A stretch of DNA of 64,000 bases, from positions 15,602-79,601 of the forward strand of contig DKUB01000061.1 of the NCBI GenBank assembly GCA_002490465.1, in the 5' to 3' direction. The notes beneath the pieces were generated by a model that worked only from the letters and a program-made list of their open reading frames with translations, was not told where the DNA came from and did no database searches. The stretch is from Lachnoclostridium sp. UBA7215 (GTDB lineage: Bacteria > Bacillota > Clostridia > Lachnospirales > Lachnospiraceae). Within the stretch, counting starts at the first letter, position 1. Every line of letters starts with the position of its first letter. A program made the translations under genes and the position numbers. Positions 51,080-61,964 of the stretch are shown one piece after another.

Positions 51080-52819
51080 CTATCTTTCATCTTCCTTCAT
51101 TTTCGCACTCCACTGGCTTATAATCGTCTCCAGTTTCTCTGTATACTCCTCTTGGGAATCAGAATGATTAATACTCCTGGCCTGAGTCTCACTCACACCA
51201 TACTCGCTATACAACAGGGAAACAATCTGATTTTCCAGGGCATTAAACTGATTTAAAATACCATAATTATCTGCTTTTTCCTTATTGGTATCATAACTGC
51301 GGACACCCTTCATCAGGCAATCCAGTGCTTCTAAATATAGCTGCATTTTAAAGTAATTATCATGTGACTGGATTTTCTTTTGCAGCTGCATACAGATGCG
51401 TACCTTATCTGCCATTTCTTCTGATGATTCTGAAACACTTACACCAGCTATAGACTGATAAGCATCCTCATAGTCACCGGCCTTAAACTTATCCTCTGCT
51501 GTATTAACCGCATGTGAGTAAGAAAACATCTGTGTTCCAAAAATAACAAACAAACAAATAATTCCAAAGAAAACCATTACTATCGTTGCACCAACCGGGT
51601 TAATTTTCCCTACGACCTCATTGGCTTCCCGCTCCATTTTAAGGCGTTTTTTCTCCTCTTTTTCCGCTGCTTTCGCTGCGGACTGCTCAGCTTTAGCGGC
51701 AGCTTTTCTCTCTTTTTCCGCCTGTGCCTGTTCTGCTTTTTCAGCCTTATCTGCTTCTGCCTGCTGTTTTTTCTCTTCCTTCAGCTTCGCCTTTTCCTCT
51801 TCGTCCGCTAACTCTGCTGCACGTTCTTTAGCCTCCAGCTCCGCTGTCTCGTCTGTAATAATGTTACCGAAAATCCGTTTCCAGAAACTTATTTTATTCT
51901 TTTTCGGTTTTACTGCTTTTTCAGGCGTTTTTAAAGGAATTTCCGTTACCTTATCCTGAGACTCATCCCCCTCTTCCTCATCAAGAAGTCCCAAAGCATC
52001 AAAAGAATCCTCGTCTTCTCCTTCTTTCTCACTATAACCAACTGCCGATAAAGCATCCTGAAAAACATCATCCATTGTCGCACCAGAAGAGCTTTCCGGC
52101 TCATCAAGTTCATCTATGCTGTCAGCAAAAAAACTGTCAGCCTCCTCATTATCATCAAACAGAGACGCTTCCAACGATGGAGCCGCTTCCTCAAAACCGG
52201 CATCTTCCTCTTCCAGTGCCGTTTCCTCCACCTGCGCTTCACTTTCCTCATAGTCATCGGATAACATATCTAAAAGATGGTTAATATCATCCTCCGACGC
52301 CTGCTCTGATTCCTCTTCAGCCACAGTTTCCTCAGACACAGCCAATGCTTCCCCGGCTGCATCTGATGTATCAGCCGTTTCGTCCAATGCAAACTCCAGC
52401 TCTTCTTCAGACGGTAATGCATCCGTCAAAATATCATCAGCTAAAAGCTCATCATCCGATAATATATCATCCGACAATGCATCGTCCGATAATATATCGT
52501 CTGATAATGTATCGGTTGTTTCCTCATCAGAATTCTCTCCCCAGACAATCTCCGGCAACGGTTCCTCTTCTGTCTCACTCTCCGGTGTGACTGGTTCGTC
52601 TTCTAAAATTTCCTCATCCAAAGCCTCGTCAAACGACAAAGTTTCTGGTACGGCATCCTCCGGATTCTCTTCATGATCAACGGCCAAATCCATATTCTGT
52701 ATCAATTCGTCAAGATATGCTTCATCGAGTTCCGCATTCTCATTCTGACATTCTTCACACAATTCCTGCCCGTCCGGAATTTCCTTACCGCATTTTCTGC
52801 ACAATGTCACCTGACGCAC
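51080..52819 (-). CDS. Membrane protein with N-terminal zinc ribbon, long acidic region, coiled coil and single TM
   Basis: CRKC...CEEC; D/E-rich region with LSDD(I/A) pentapeptide repeats; AEK-rich helix; TM. Confidence 0.8.
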   Translation of the reverse strand: MRQVTLCRKCGKEIPDGQELCEECQNENAELDEAYLDELIQNMDLAVDHEENPEDAVPETLSFDEALDEEILEDEPVTPESETEEEPLPEIVWGENSDEETTDTLSDDILSDDALSDDILSDDELLADDILTDALPSEEELEFALDETADTSDAAGEALAVSEETVAEEESEQASEDDINHLLDMLSDDYEESEAQVEETALEEEDAGFEEAAPSLEASLFDDNEEADSFFADSIDELDEPESSSGATMDDVFQDALSAVGYSEKEGEDEDSFDALGLLDEEEGDESQDKVTEIPLKTPEKAVKPKKNKISFWKRIFGNIITDETAELEAKERAAELADEEEKAKLKEEKKQQAEADKAEKAEQAQAEKERKAAAKAEQSAAKAAEKEEKKRLKMEREANEVVGKINPVGATIVMVFFGIICLFVIFGTQMFSYSHAVNTAEDKFKAGDYEDAYQSIAGVSVSESSEEMADKVRICMQLQKKIQSHDNYFKMQLYLEALDCLMKGVRSYDTNKEKADNYGILNQFNALENQIVSLLYSEYGVSETQARSINHSDSQEEYTEKLETIISQWSAKMKEDER

Positions 52820-52843
52820 CTCCCTCTGTAATCATTCTCATCC

Positions 52844-53764
52844 TTATCCGATCAGTATATCCAGCTGCTGCACAAGACGGCCGATTTCCGGTTTAGACAA
52901 CTGGGCATCTACTCCCAGCTCTTCCCCTTTGTGTCTCATCTCATCATTGACAAGAGATGAGAAAATAATAACCGGAAGCCCTTCCATTCTCGGGTCAGTC
53001 TTAATTCGCTTCGTCAAGTGGTGACCATCCATCTGCGGCATCTCAATATCCGTAATAACTGCCGCAATGTCCTGACCGATAACACCACCATCCTTCATCA
53101 TCCGGTCTAATGTATTCCATGCCTCCAGGCCATTGGTAGTTGGAATCAGATGAGTATATCCTGCCTTTAATAAACATTTCTTTAGCATTTCCAAAAGAAG
53201 AGGTGAGTCCTCTGCCAAAAGAATCGGGCAATCATGGCGGCCACGCTCTCCCATTGCATCAATATCCGAGAGTTTCAAACCAGTCTCCGGATTTACTTCT
53301 GTGACAATCTTCTCAAAATCAAGAATGATAATAATTCTGTCTTCAATTTTAATGATACCGGTAGCAATACCGTTTCCATTGCTGTTAATAGTTGTATCCG
53401 GCTTTGCAATATCCTCCCACGACACACGGTGGATACCAAGCACTTGATTTACATGAAATGCTGTATGTAACTTATTAAAGTTTGTAATGATATACATATC
53501 TTTAGAAGTATTCGAACTTGTCTGAATACCAAGGGCTACTGCCAGATTAATTACGGTAATAATTCTCTCCCTCGGCATGAAAATACCCTCGATATACTCG
53601 TGAGAATTTGGTACAAGGGTAGGCTCACTGTAAGGACAGAGTTCATTAATTTTAGCGACATTAATGCCATAGTGCTGGCTGCCTACCGTAAACTCCAGCA
53701 GCTCCAGCTCATTCGTACCGCTTTCCAACAATATTCCTGTGTCATTTGTTCCCACTTCAGCCAT
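52844..53764 (-). CDS. cheV: Chemotaxis protein CheV (CheW plus receiver)
   Basis: LESGTNELELLEF, YGINVAKINE, ITDIEMPQMDG. Confidence 0.94.
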   Translation of the reverse strand: MAEVGTNDTGILLESGTNELELLEFTVGSQHYGINVAKINELCPYSEPTLVPNSHEYIEGIFMPRERIITVINLAVALGIQTSSNTSKDMYIITNFNKLHTAFHVNQVLGIHRVSWEDIAKPDTTINSNGNGIATGIIKIEDRIIIILDFEKIVTEVNPETGLKLSDIDAMGERGRHDCPILLAEDSPLLLEMLKKCLLKAGYTHLIPTTNGLEAWNTLDRMMKDGGVIGQDIAAVITDIEMPQMDGHHLTKRIKTDPRMEGLPVIIFSSLVNDEMRHKGEELGVDAQLSKPEIGRLVQQLDILIG

Positions 53765-53780
53765 TTTTATTTCCTCCTCG

Positions 53781-54188
53781 TTAATCAATATTGTCATCAA
53801 ATGCTGCCATGCCAGCGGCATCCGCATCCAAATCTACTGTGTGGAGTGTGCGCACTTTGCGCCTCTCCTGCTCTGCAGTCTGCAATATATAATCCTTTAT
53901 TTCTTTTGCATTCCGAATATGTGATAAATGCAGGTGCGGGTCAGTGACATCACTGGAATAACAAACCACTGTACCCAATCCAAATATCCGCTCCAAAAAA
54001 CTCCTGACCAGTTTTACATCCTGTACCCGGTACATAAGAGTATCATCTTCCACTGTGCGGAGCAAACCCTTTTTTATCGTAATTTTCTTTTCTTCTATTT
54101 GATAAACCGTAAATGACAATGGCAATCCAAATAAGAGGCAGCGCTTTCTTTCTCTATACATATTTTTCTCCATTTCAGGGTGCTTCAC
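53781..54188 (-). CDS. Bacterial PH-domain (bPH_2-like) protein
   Basis: KKGLL...YRVQDV...ERIFGLGTV pattern. Confidence 0.8.
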   Translation of the reverse strand: MKHPEMEKNMYRERKRCLLFGLPLSFTVYQIEEKKITIKKGLLRTVEDDTLMYRVQDVKLVRSFLERIFGLGTVVCYSSDVTDPHLHLSHIRNAKEIKDYILQTAEQERRKVRTLHTVDLDADAAGMAAFDDNID

Positions 54189-54916
54189 TATATTGTGATA
54201 TTATAGGTAGCCTGTTTATTGCTTCCAGCCTCATGTATATTTACTGTAGCACGTGTACCTTTTTTAGCCATTGATTTTGGTATATTATATACAAGGACTG
54301 CTTTCTTCGTCTCCTTTGGCGCAAGAGAGAGCTTCAAATATTTCATATCGTTGCCCTCCAGAAGGTTAAGCCCGAGCTGATATGTTTCACCGTTAATTTC
54401 AAGCGGATAATCAATATTCCTCTTCATGAGATTAACACTTTGTTTCTTAGATGATGTATTCCGCAGTTGGAATGCCACTATAAGGAGCCTCTCATCGCTA
54501 TCCAACGGCACTTGAATATTTTTGTATTTTTTACAGGTCCATGCGTCTGAAAAGGAAACTTTAACATCGTCCAGATGATAAACATCATCCAGTGAAACAT
54601 TCTGAAATGCGGATGTTTCTGCAGAACCGTCACCGGATACGCCGCTCCCGGAAACATTATCTGCAGCCTGCGGTCCCTCAGACGGAGTAATCGTTGCTTC
54701 CGGTGCAGGACTTGATGTCTCACCTGCTGCCTGACGCTGTTCCCTCGTAATCAGGCGCCATTGATAAGTGTCTGAATAACGCAGCAACACACCTGCGGAA
54801 AACTCCGCTACCATATCCGACTCTTCTTCCGTCATGTCTTTCACATCCATACACCCACTAAGGGAGAATACAGCCAAAAACAGGACAGACAAAAGCAGTA
54901 TTCTGTTGTATTTCAA
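54188..54916 (-). CDS. Lipoprotein with Ig-like (DUF4352-like) C-terminal domain
   Basis: Lipobox LSGC; LAPKETKKAVLVY. Confidence 0.7.
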   Translation of the reverse strand: MKYNRILLLSVLFLAVFSLSGCMDVKDMTEEESDMVAEFSAGVLLRYSDTYQWRLITREQRQAAGETSSPAPEATITPSEGPQAADNVSGSGVSGDGSAETSAFQNVSLDDVYHLDDVKVSFSDAWTCKKYKNIQVPLDSDERLLIVAFQLRNTSSKKQSVNLMKRNIDYPLEINGETYQLGLNLLEGNDMKYLKLSLAPKETKKAVLVYNIPKSMAKKGTRATVNIHEAGSNKQATYNITI

Positions 54917-54993
54917 TTTCTTCCCTCCTCCGACAATTAGTACATGATACTATTATAACACAAAAATTCCCGCACATCAATCAACACTTTTTA

Positions 54994-56541
54994 TCAATTC
55001 GCACTTTTCCTGTCCAACTCAAACCAAAATTCCACACCATTGTCATAATTTTTTACTCCATATTTCTGGTTATGCGCCTCCATTACCGCTTTTACAATGG
55101 ATAATCCTATTCCATTTCCGCCATATTCTCTCGTTCTGGCTTTATCAACTTTGTAAAATTTCGACCAGATTTTATCAATATCCCCTTCCGGAATCGGTTC
55201 TCCTGTATTAAACACACACACTCTCACAAGATCACGGTCTGGAACAATTTTAATCTCTATTTTCTTTTCATTGCTGACATGATTAATGGCATTGCTGATA
55301 TAATTTGTCACAACCTCTTCTATCATATATTCGTCAGCCCATACCATCACCGGCTCTTCTTCTCTCTTATATGATAAAATGATTTCCTTTTGCTTAAACA
55401 AAATATCCGATGCATTCACAACGGAATCTAAAAGGCTGCACAAATTAAAATGCTCAAAATGCACCTGCCCATTGCCAAATTCCAATTGATTCAAGCTGAG
55501 AAGGCGCTTAACCATCTGGTTCATTTTTGCCGCTTCATCCACAATAACATCACAGTAAAACTCGCGGCTCTCCGGGTCATCATTGACATTTTCCAGCAAT
55601 CCCTCCGCGTATCCCTGTATAAGGGCAATGGGCGTCTTCAGCTCATGGGAGACATTAGCCAGAAATTCCTGCCGCATCTGTTCTTGTTCCGTCCGCCTCT
55701 GCAAATCAATCTGCAGCTCATTATTTGCCGTCTTCAGCTCTGAAATCGTCTCCTCAAGTTTATCGGACAGCGCATTCATGCTGTCACCCAAAACACCGAT
55801 TTCATCACGCCTGGTATCCTGATACCGCGAAGAAAAATTCAATTTCTGCATATCTCTGGCATGCCTTGCCAACCGCAAAATTGGCTTGGTATACTGATTG
55901 CTCACAAACATAATCAGGATAATCCCTGCCATAACAATAAAAACACCCACATGCAGCAGAAACTGATTAGAGACAGCTGCACTCTCCTGAATACTTTGAT
56001 AATTAGCACGCAGGTACACCCAATAACTATCCTTCATCTGTCCGGTCAACTCAATATAATTGGAAGAAAGCCTTTCATCAAATACCTTATAGACCTCACA
56101 ATTTTCTGACTGACTTAACATCTGACAATTCTCATCCAACTGCGTGCCAAAAAACACTGCCTTGACATATTTACCAAGCTGGTCTTTCGTGACTTCCTGC
56201 AGTCTGTCCGAATTAGCCGGATAAGCATAATCAAGAGTAGCAATATCACCGGAAATTGAATGCGCCTCCACTTTAAGAACATATATATTAACGCCTGAAT
56301 TAGAACTTAAAATATCCAATTTATCATAAATCCGGCTCTGTTCACCCTCTGAAAGCCCCTGCCAGTCCACTCCATCACATATTTTCACGGTACCGGAGTA
56401 AACACTTTTCATCTGTGTTACCTTTGTGTTCTGATAATAAGAAGGCAGAAAGAAAATATTGGCAAAATACACACTTAGAATTGTGATAACGAGCATTCCC
56501 GTAAATATCATTATTAAACGTGTCCGTAGTGAACTGCGCAT
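54994..56541 (-). CDS. HAMP sensor histidine kinase
   Basis: 2 TM, DEIGVLG, NVSHELKTP, NYISNA, FYKVD, GNGIGL. Confidence 0.95.
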   Translation of the reverse strand: MRSSLRTRLIMIFTGMLVITILSVYFANIFFLPSYYQNTKVTQMKSVYSGTVKICDGVDWQGLSEGEQSRIYDKLDILSSNSGVNIYVLKVEAHSISGDIATLDYAYPANSDRLQEVTKDQLGKYVKAVFFGTQLDENCQMLSQSENCEVYKVFDERLSSNYIELTGQMKDSYWVYLRANYQSIQESAAVSNQFLLHVGVFIVMAGIILIMFVSNQYTKPILRLARHARDMQKLNFSSRYQDTRRDEIGVLGDSMNALSDKLEETISELKTANNELQIDLQRRTEQEQMRQEFLANVSHELKTPIALIQGYAEGLLENVNDDPESREFYCDVIVDEAAKMNQMVKRLLSLNQLEFGNGQVHFEHFNLCSLLDSVVNASDILFKQKEIILSYKREEEPVMVWADEYMIEEVVTNYISNAINHVSNEKKIEIKIVPDRDLVRVCVFNTGEPIPEGDIDKIWSKFYKVDKARTREYGGNGIGLSIVKAVMEAHNQKYGVKNYDNGVEFWFELDRKSAN

Positions 56542-56557
56542 AGCAACCCATCACCTC

Positions 56558-57238
56558 TTATTTTTTCTCCACCTCAAATTTATAGCCCATTCCCCAAATC
56601 GTTTTAATGTAGCTTCCGTACTTTCCCATTTTACTCCTGAGTTTCTTTACATGAGTATCAATTGTCCGGGCATCACCAAAATAATCATAGTCCCAGACAT
56701 GATTTAATATGCGCTCGCGGGAAAGCGCAATACCTTTATTTTCCATAAAATACGTTAAAAGCTCAAACTCTTTAAAGCTGAGCTCTATTTTTTCTCCATC
56801 GATACGCACCTCATGGGCTGAGCGGTTCAAAACAATACCGCCATACTCCAACGTCTCCTCACTTGCTGCCATCGTGCGGCGCAACAGTGCCTGAACCCTC
56901 GCTACAAGTATTTTGGGACTGAAGGGTTTGGAAATATACTCGTCCACGCCAAGCTCAAAGCCACGGAGTTCGTCTGTCTCTGCCCCCCTTGCGGTCAGCA
57001 TAATGATTGGTACCTTAGAGTACTGGCGGATCTCACGGCACGTCTGCCAGCCATCCATTTTGGGCATCATTACATCCAGGATGACAAGAGAAATATTTTT
57101 TTCAGCCAGAAAAATATCCACCGCCTCTTCGCCATTTGAAGCCTCTAAAACATTGAAATCCTGTTTAACTAAAAAATCACGAACCAGTTTACGCATTCTC
57201 TGCTCATCATCCACTATTAAAATCGTGTTGTCCGCCAT
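56558..57238 (-). CDS. OmpR-family response regulator
   Basis: VDDE, LDVMMP, KPF, RTIDTHVKKLR. Confidence 0.96.
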   Translation of the reverse strand: MADNTILIVDDEQRMRKLVRDFLVKQDFNVLEASNGEEAVDIFLAEKNISLVILDVMMPKMDGWQTCREIRQYSKVPIIMLTARGAETDELRGFELGVDEYISKPFSPKILVARVQALLRRTMAASEETLEYGGIVLNRSAHEVRIDGEKIELSFKEFELLTYFMENKGIALSRERILNHVWDYDYFGDARTIDTHVKKLRSKMGKYGSYIKTIWGMGYKFEVEKK

Positions 57239-57268
57239 CTTTTTCCTCCATTTTTCAATATTTCAAAA

Positions 57269-57877
57269 TCACTGAGCTGCATCCGGTTGTGCAGACTCCT
57301 CCGGCACAGCCGACGGCTGCCCCTCATTTTCCTGGAGTTTCTTTTCTTTCTCCTCCAGCTCCGTCTGCCAATACTCGTACTTATTAATCAGCTCTTCTTC
57401 CATATTAGCTTTATAATTTGTAAAGTATGTGAAAATTGAATATTCCATCCGAAAATTTATAACTACAAAACCGGCAATTAATATAACAAGCGCTGCTATA
57501 ACAATTTTAAATTTTTTATTGAGAAGGCGCTGTCCCTCATAAAGTCTCTGAAAACGGTTTTCTCTGTAGGAACGCTCCTGTAAAACGTCCTGTCCTGTAT
57601 TTTTTACAACTTTGACAGGAATATCCTCCAGCTCTTCTAATGGCACTATCTTATTTTGCTCCATCGTCTGACGCAGCTCAAGCAGAAAGCAATATCCGAT
57701 AACTGTCTGGAACATCTTATCGGCAACTGCCTTAATATATACCTTATGGGCGTTTTCCCCCAATGTCAGGTCCACGTTTTTTCGTATTTGTTCTATAAAT
57801 TCAAGTTCCTTTTCCGCCCGGTCATAATCCTCCCTGCTCTCAAAAGAAAAATGCTCAATGGATATTTTTTCACCCAT
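57269..57877 (-). CDS. Hypothetical single-TM protein
   Basis: 202 aa ORF in the operon, one TM. Confidence 0.75.
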   Translation of the reverse strand: MGEKISIEHFSFESREDYDRAEKELEFIEQIRKNVDLTLGENAHKVYIKAVADKMFQTVIGYCFLLELRQTMEQNKIVPLEELEDIPVKVVKNTGQDVLQERSYRENRFQRLYEGQRLLNKKFKIVIAALVILIAGFVVINFRMEYSIFTYFTNYKANMEEELINKYEYWQTELEEKEKKLQENEGQPSAVPEESAQPDAAQ

Positions 57878-57888
57878 AGGTCTTCCCC

Positions 57889-58980
57889 CTATTTTATCAC
57901 AGCATGCTCACTGACATAATCCTTTGCCATAGCCACCAGAATATCATCTTTAGGACGGCTTCCGTAATCCTCCTCATAATCCTCATACAGATGCTCAAGA
58001 GTCTCGTCGTCATCCTCCTCATACTCCATCAGCTTTATCAAATATTTCCGGCAGGTGTCGTCATCCAGCTTGAAATTTTCCCATTTGGCAATTGTCTTCG
58101 CCACCATGCGGTCCCGTACTACATCTTTTGCCGTATCCTTTACACTTTCCTCATCCATCATAAGGCTCTCCATTAATTCCTCATACGAAATACCGCTAAT
58201 CTCCGCAAAACCTGCATACTGCATATTCAGATTCTCAACTTCTTCCTCTATAAGCTGTTTCGGATACTTATTAACCTGTCCCTGTTCCATCAAAGCGTCC
58301 CAGGCAAGTTCAGAGAGATTTTCCATATTTTCTTTCCGTAGCCTTTTCTCAATTTTTTTTCTGTAAGACGCAACATCTTTGCATTTCCCTTTTGATATTT
58401 TATCCGCGTATGCATCATCAAACTTTGCCTTAATATTTACTTTGTAAACAACCTCCCGTCCGGCCAGCGCAGCATCAGGGTAATCTTTTGAAAAACTTAA
58501 TGGTACAGAATATGTCTGACCAACCTCCCGGCCTACAAGCGCATCCTCAAAGGCTTCCATGTACGCATGTTTGCCGACAACGAGCAAAACATCATCCCCC
58601 TGCAGGTCTTCCACTTCCACACCCGCTATGGATGCCGTATAATCGACATAGGCATAGTCACCTTTTTTAATGGTTTTATTTCCCTCTATCACTTTAAATT
58701 TATCATCAAGCACTGCAGACAATTCAAGGTCAATATCTTCCTCATCCGGCTCTACCAGCACCTCTACTTTCTTATAATTTCCTACTTTAATTGTTTCCGT
58801 TTCCTGATAATCGAAACTCTCTCCATCCGGGATGACAAGATTTACGCTTTTTCCACCTGAATCCTCCGCCCTGTTCCTGTTTTTGTTTATACATACGGCA
58901 GCTATTACAATCCCAATTACAAAAATGGCAAGAATTATCCCAACAGCCACTTTATTTTTCAGCAATCCCTTCAATATCAT
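57889..58980 (-). CDS. Membrane-anchored trigger-factor-like protein (FKBP plus C-terminal chaperone domain, no ribosome-binding domain)
   Basis: N-terminal TM; VGNYKKVEV, KGDYAYVDY, FEDALVG, F..DYP...LAGREVVYKV; no GFRxGKxP. Confidence 0.8.
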   Translation of the reverse strand: MILKGLLKNKVAVGIILAIFVIGIVIAAVCINKNRNRAEDSGGKSVNLVIPDGESFDYQETETIKVGNYKKVEVLVEPDEEDIDLELSAVLDDKFKVIEGNKTIKKGDYAYVDYTASIAGVEVEDLQGDDVLLVVGKHAYMEAFEDALVGREVGQTYSVPLSFSKDYPDAALAGREVVYKVNIKAKFDDAYADKISKGKCKDVASYRKKIEKRLRKENMENLSELAWDALMEQGQVNKYPKQLIEEEVENLNMQYAGFAEISGISYEELMESLMMDEESVKDTAKDVVRDRMVAKTIAKWENFKLDDDTCRKYLIKLMEYEEDDDETLEHLYEDYEEDYGSRPKDDILVAMAKDYVSEHAVIK

Positions 58981-59005
58981 CCCTCATTTCCATATTACTG
59001 ATTTT

Positions 59006-59033
59006 AAAAGCGGCGTAAAAATCCGCCGCTTTT
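59006..59033 (-). terminator. Terminator after leuD
   Basis: AAAAGCGGCG-N8-CGCCGCTTTT. Confidence 0.75.
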
Positions 59034-59050
59034 CTAAGGTACGCATTCCG

Positions 59051-59542
59051 TCATGCCTCACCTGAATTAATATAATTCATCAGCCCCTCTGCCTTAATAA
59101 TGCGCTGCATAAACTCCGGAAACGCCTGTCCCTGATAACTCTCCTGCTTTGTTTTATTCGTGATGATACCACTGTCAAAATCAATTTCCACTTCATCACC
59201 GGCAGCTATCTTCTCAGAGGCTTCCCGGCACTCAATAATCGGCAAACCAATATTAATGGCATTACGATAAAAAATACGGGCAAAAGTCTCTGCAATCACA
59301 CAGCTGACTCCGGATGCTTTAATGGCAATCGGAGCATGCTCACGCGACGAGCCGCATCCAAAATTTTTCTCTGCCACAATAATGTCTCCCGTCTGCACCT
59401 TCTTTACAAAATCGGTATCAATATCTTCCATACAGTGCGCCGCAAGCTCTGCCGGATCGGAGGAGTTCAGATAACGCGCCGGAATAATAACATCGGTATC
59501 TACATTGTCTCCATATTTAAATACTTTCCCTGTTGCTTTCAT
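59051..59542 (-). CDS. leuD: 3-isopropylmalate dehydratase small subunit
   Basis: [33 protein letters not shown]. Confidence 0.95.
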   Translation of the reverse strand: MKATGKVFKYGDNVDTDVIIPARYLNSSDPAELAAHCMEDIDTDFVKKVQTGDIIVAEKNFGCGSSREHAPIAIKASGVSCVIAETFARIFYRNAINIGLPIIECREASEKIAAGDEVEIDFDSGIITNKTKQESYQGQAFPEFMQRIIKAEGLMNYINSGEA

Positions 59543-59553
59543 CGTAATCCTCC

Positions 59554-60819
59554 TTACAGTCCAAGCTCTGATGGCTCTGATATTTTACCGAGAACAGCAC
59601 TGGCCGCCGCCACAGCCGGACTTGCCAGATAAACCTCGGAATCCACGTGTCCCATACGTCCGACAAAGTTACGGTTTGTCGTGGACACCGCTCTCTCTCC
59701 CGCTGCCAGAATTCCCATATAGCCGCCCAGACACGGCCCACATGTCGGTGTGCTGACAATGGCACCCGCCCGGATGAATGTCTGAGTCAGCCCTTCTTCG
59801 ATTGCCTGCAGATAAACAGCCTGAGTAGCCGGAATCACGATACAGCGGATTCCTTTTTTTACCTTGCGGCCCTCTAACACTTTTGCAGCTATGCGCATGT
59901 CTTCTATCCGTCCATTTGTACAGGAACCGATCACTACCTGGTCAATCGCTACCTCGCCGGATTCATGAATCGTTTTTGTGTTTTCCGGTAAATGCGGAAA
60001 TGCCACTGTCGGCTCTAAGCCCCCCAAATCAATTGTAATTGTCTCGTCATACTCCGCATCCTCATCCGGCTCATATACCGTATACTCTTTATCCGAGTGC
60101 TCTTTCATATAGGCAATTGTACTGTCATCTACCGGGAAAATACCATTTTTAGCCCCTGCCTCTATCGCCATATTGGCAATCGTAAACCGGTCATCCATCG
60201 ACAGATTTGCCACACCGTCCCCTGTAAATTCAAGAGAGCGGTACAGGGCGCCGTCAACACCGATTTTCCCTATCAGATGCAGAATTACATCTTTGCCGCT
60301 GACCCATTTTTTCGGTTTCCCTGTCAATACAACACGGATGGCCGATGGAACTTTAAACCACGCCTTTCCGGTTATCATCCCGGCTCCCATATCTGTGCTT
60401 CCAACCCCTGTCGAAAATGCGCCGAGTGCACCATATGTGCAAGTATGGGAATCTGCGCCGATACATGTCTCACCGGCAACAATCAGTCCCTTCTCCGGGA
60501 GCAGTGCATGCTCAATGCCCATTTCCCCCACTTCAAAATAATTAGTAATTCCCTGTGCTTTTGCATATTCCCGGACACATTTGCAGTGTTCCGCAGATTT
60601 AATATCTTTGTTTGGGGCAAAATGATCCGGTACCAGTGCAATTTTATCTTTATCAAATACCGTTTTTTTATTCAGCCTCTCCGCCTCATGAATAGCCACC
60701 GGCCCTGTAATATCGTTCGCCAGCACCAAATCCAGTTCCGCCTCAATAAGCTGCCCTGCCGTTACCGATTCCAGCCCTGCATGGGCCGCCAATATTTTTT
60801 GCGTCATTGTCATTCCCAT
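59554..60819 (-). CDS. leuC: 3-isopropylmalate dehydratase large subunit
   Basis: [29 protein letters not shown]. Confidence 0.95.
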   Translation of the reverse strand: MGMTMTQKILAAHAGLESVTAGQLIEAELDLVLANDITGPVAIHEAERLNKKTVFDKDKIALVPDHFAPNKDIKSAEHCKCVREYAKAQGITNYFEVGEMGIEHALLPEKGLIVAGETCIGADSHTCTYGALGAFSTGVGSTDMGAGMITGKAWFKVPSAIRVVLTGKPKKWVSGKDVILHLIGKIGVDGALYRSLEFTGDGVANLSMDDRFTIANMAIEAGAKNGIFPVDDSTIAYMKEHSDKEYTVYEPDEDAEYDETITIDLGGLEPTVAFPHLPENTKTIHESGEVAIDQVVIGSCTNGRIEDMRIAAKVLEGRKVKKGIRCIVIPATQAVYLQAIEEGLTQTFIRAGAIVSTPTCGPCLGGYMGILAAGERAVSTTNRNFVGRMGHVDSEVYLASPAVAAASAVLGKISEPSELGL

Positions 60820-60871
60820 ATAACTCTTCACTCCTGTATTCATGTTAATCACTCTGTTCTTGCGTTTGTTT

Positions 60872-60900
60872 ATTTTATCAAATTTTATCCTGTCCGTCAA
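60872..60900 (-). promoter_or_regulatory. Sigma-A promoter of leuCD (extended -10)
   Basis: TTGACG-N17-TAAAAT with TGn. Confidence 0.6.
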
Positions 60901-60909
60901 ATCTTACCT

Positions 60910-61365
60910 TCATTTTATTCCGGTAGAGCCAAAGCCTCCCTCACCGCGCACCGTATCCGAAAGTTCCTCCGCCTCCTCATATTCCGCAAAAAAATAAGGC
61001 GTAATAACCATCTGCGCAATTCTCTCCCCGGACTCAACCGTGATATCCGAATTGGAATGATTGTACAGAGCCACCATAATCTCCCCCCGGTAGTCCGAAT
61101 CAATGACGCCGACTTTATTTGCCGGGGCCAGCCCCTTTTTACAGGCAAGACCGCTCCGCGCATAAATAAGCCCGACCATCCCGGCTGGAATCTCCATCGC
61201 AAGCCCTGTCGGCACAAATTCCGTCTCCCCCGCCCTGACAGTCAGCGGCTCATCCAGACATGCATATAAATCCGCCCCTGCGGCCCACTGTGTGCCATAA
61301 CACGGCTGCTTTGCCTGTTCTCTCAGTCTTTTAAACCGCAATGTCGTTTTTTGTATCTCTCTCAT
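60910..61365 (-). CDS. dut: dUTP diphosphatase
   Basis: AGADL, RSG, GVIDSDYRG, RIAQ, RGEGGFGSTG. Confidence 0.97.
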   Translation of the reverse strand: MREIQKTTLRFKRLREQAKQPCYGTQWAAGADLYACLDEPLTVRAGETEFVPTGLAMEIPAGMVGLIYARSGLACKKGLAPANKVGVIDSDYRGEIMVALYNHSNSDITVESGERIAQMVITPYFFAEYEEAEELSDTVRGEGGFGSTGIK

Positions 61366-61392
61366 TTTGTCCTCCGCTTATTCCATAAAAAT

Positions 61393-61929
61393 TTACTCTG
61401 CCTGTATTTCACCTTCCCATCGAATCAGACTGCCTGCCTCTAATGATTTCTTTACATCAATAATTCTCTGGTTATCGGAACCCCGGAAATTTATTTTCAG
61501 ATTTTTCCGCTCAGCTACAAACTCCCCGTCTACCAATATATCGATATAGCTGAGCAGTTCCCTTGTTGTTTCCGACTCCCGGCACATCCGTTCTGTTATA
61601 TCCCTGTCAAACAGATATCCGGTATAGCACCACACAGTCTTCTCCGGATATAAAGCATGCACCCGCCGCAGCAGGGGAAGAAGCCCCTCCTGATTCACAG
61701 GCTCTAACGGCTCACCCCCAAGAAGGGTTAAACCCGCAATATGCGCCGGCTTCATATATTCAATAATAGCCTCAATCTCTTTTTCAGTAAAAGGATTTCC
61801 ATAATTAAAATCCCATGTTTCCTGATTAAAACAGTCCTTACAGTGATGGGTACACCCGCTGACAAAAAGCGAGACCCTCACACCAGTTCCATTCGCTACG
61901 TCATATGGCTTAATTTCTGCATAATTCAT
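61393..61929 (-). CDS. nrdG: Anaerobic ribonucleotide reductase activating protein
   Basis: GCTHHCKDCFN radical-SAM motif, LGGEP, FRGSDNQR. Confidence 0.94.
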   Translation of the reverse strand: MNYAEIKPYDVANGTGVRVSLFVSGCTHHCKDCFNQETWDFNYGNPFTEKEIEAIIEYMKPAHIAGLTLLGGEPLEPVNQEGLLPLLRRVHALYPEKTVWCYTGYLFDRDITERMCRESETTRELLSYIDILVDGEFVAERKNLKINFRGSDNQRIIDVKKSLEAGSLIRWEGEIQAE

Positions 61930-61964
61930 TTTGACACACTCTTTTCTATCACAAATATAAACTC

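Noticed and set aside
60097-61269. 390 aa plus-strand ORF (also 32868-33749 and similar)
   Set aside because: Antisense shadows of well-supported genes (leuC/dut, ytfJ/DUF2953) with no recognisable motifs.
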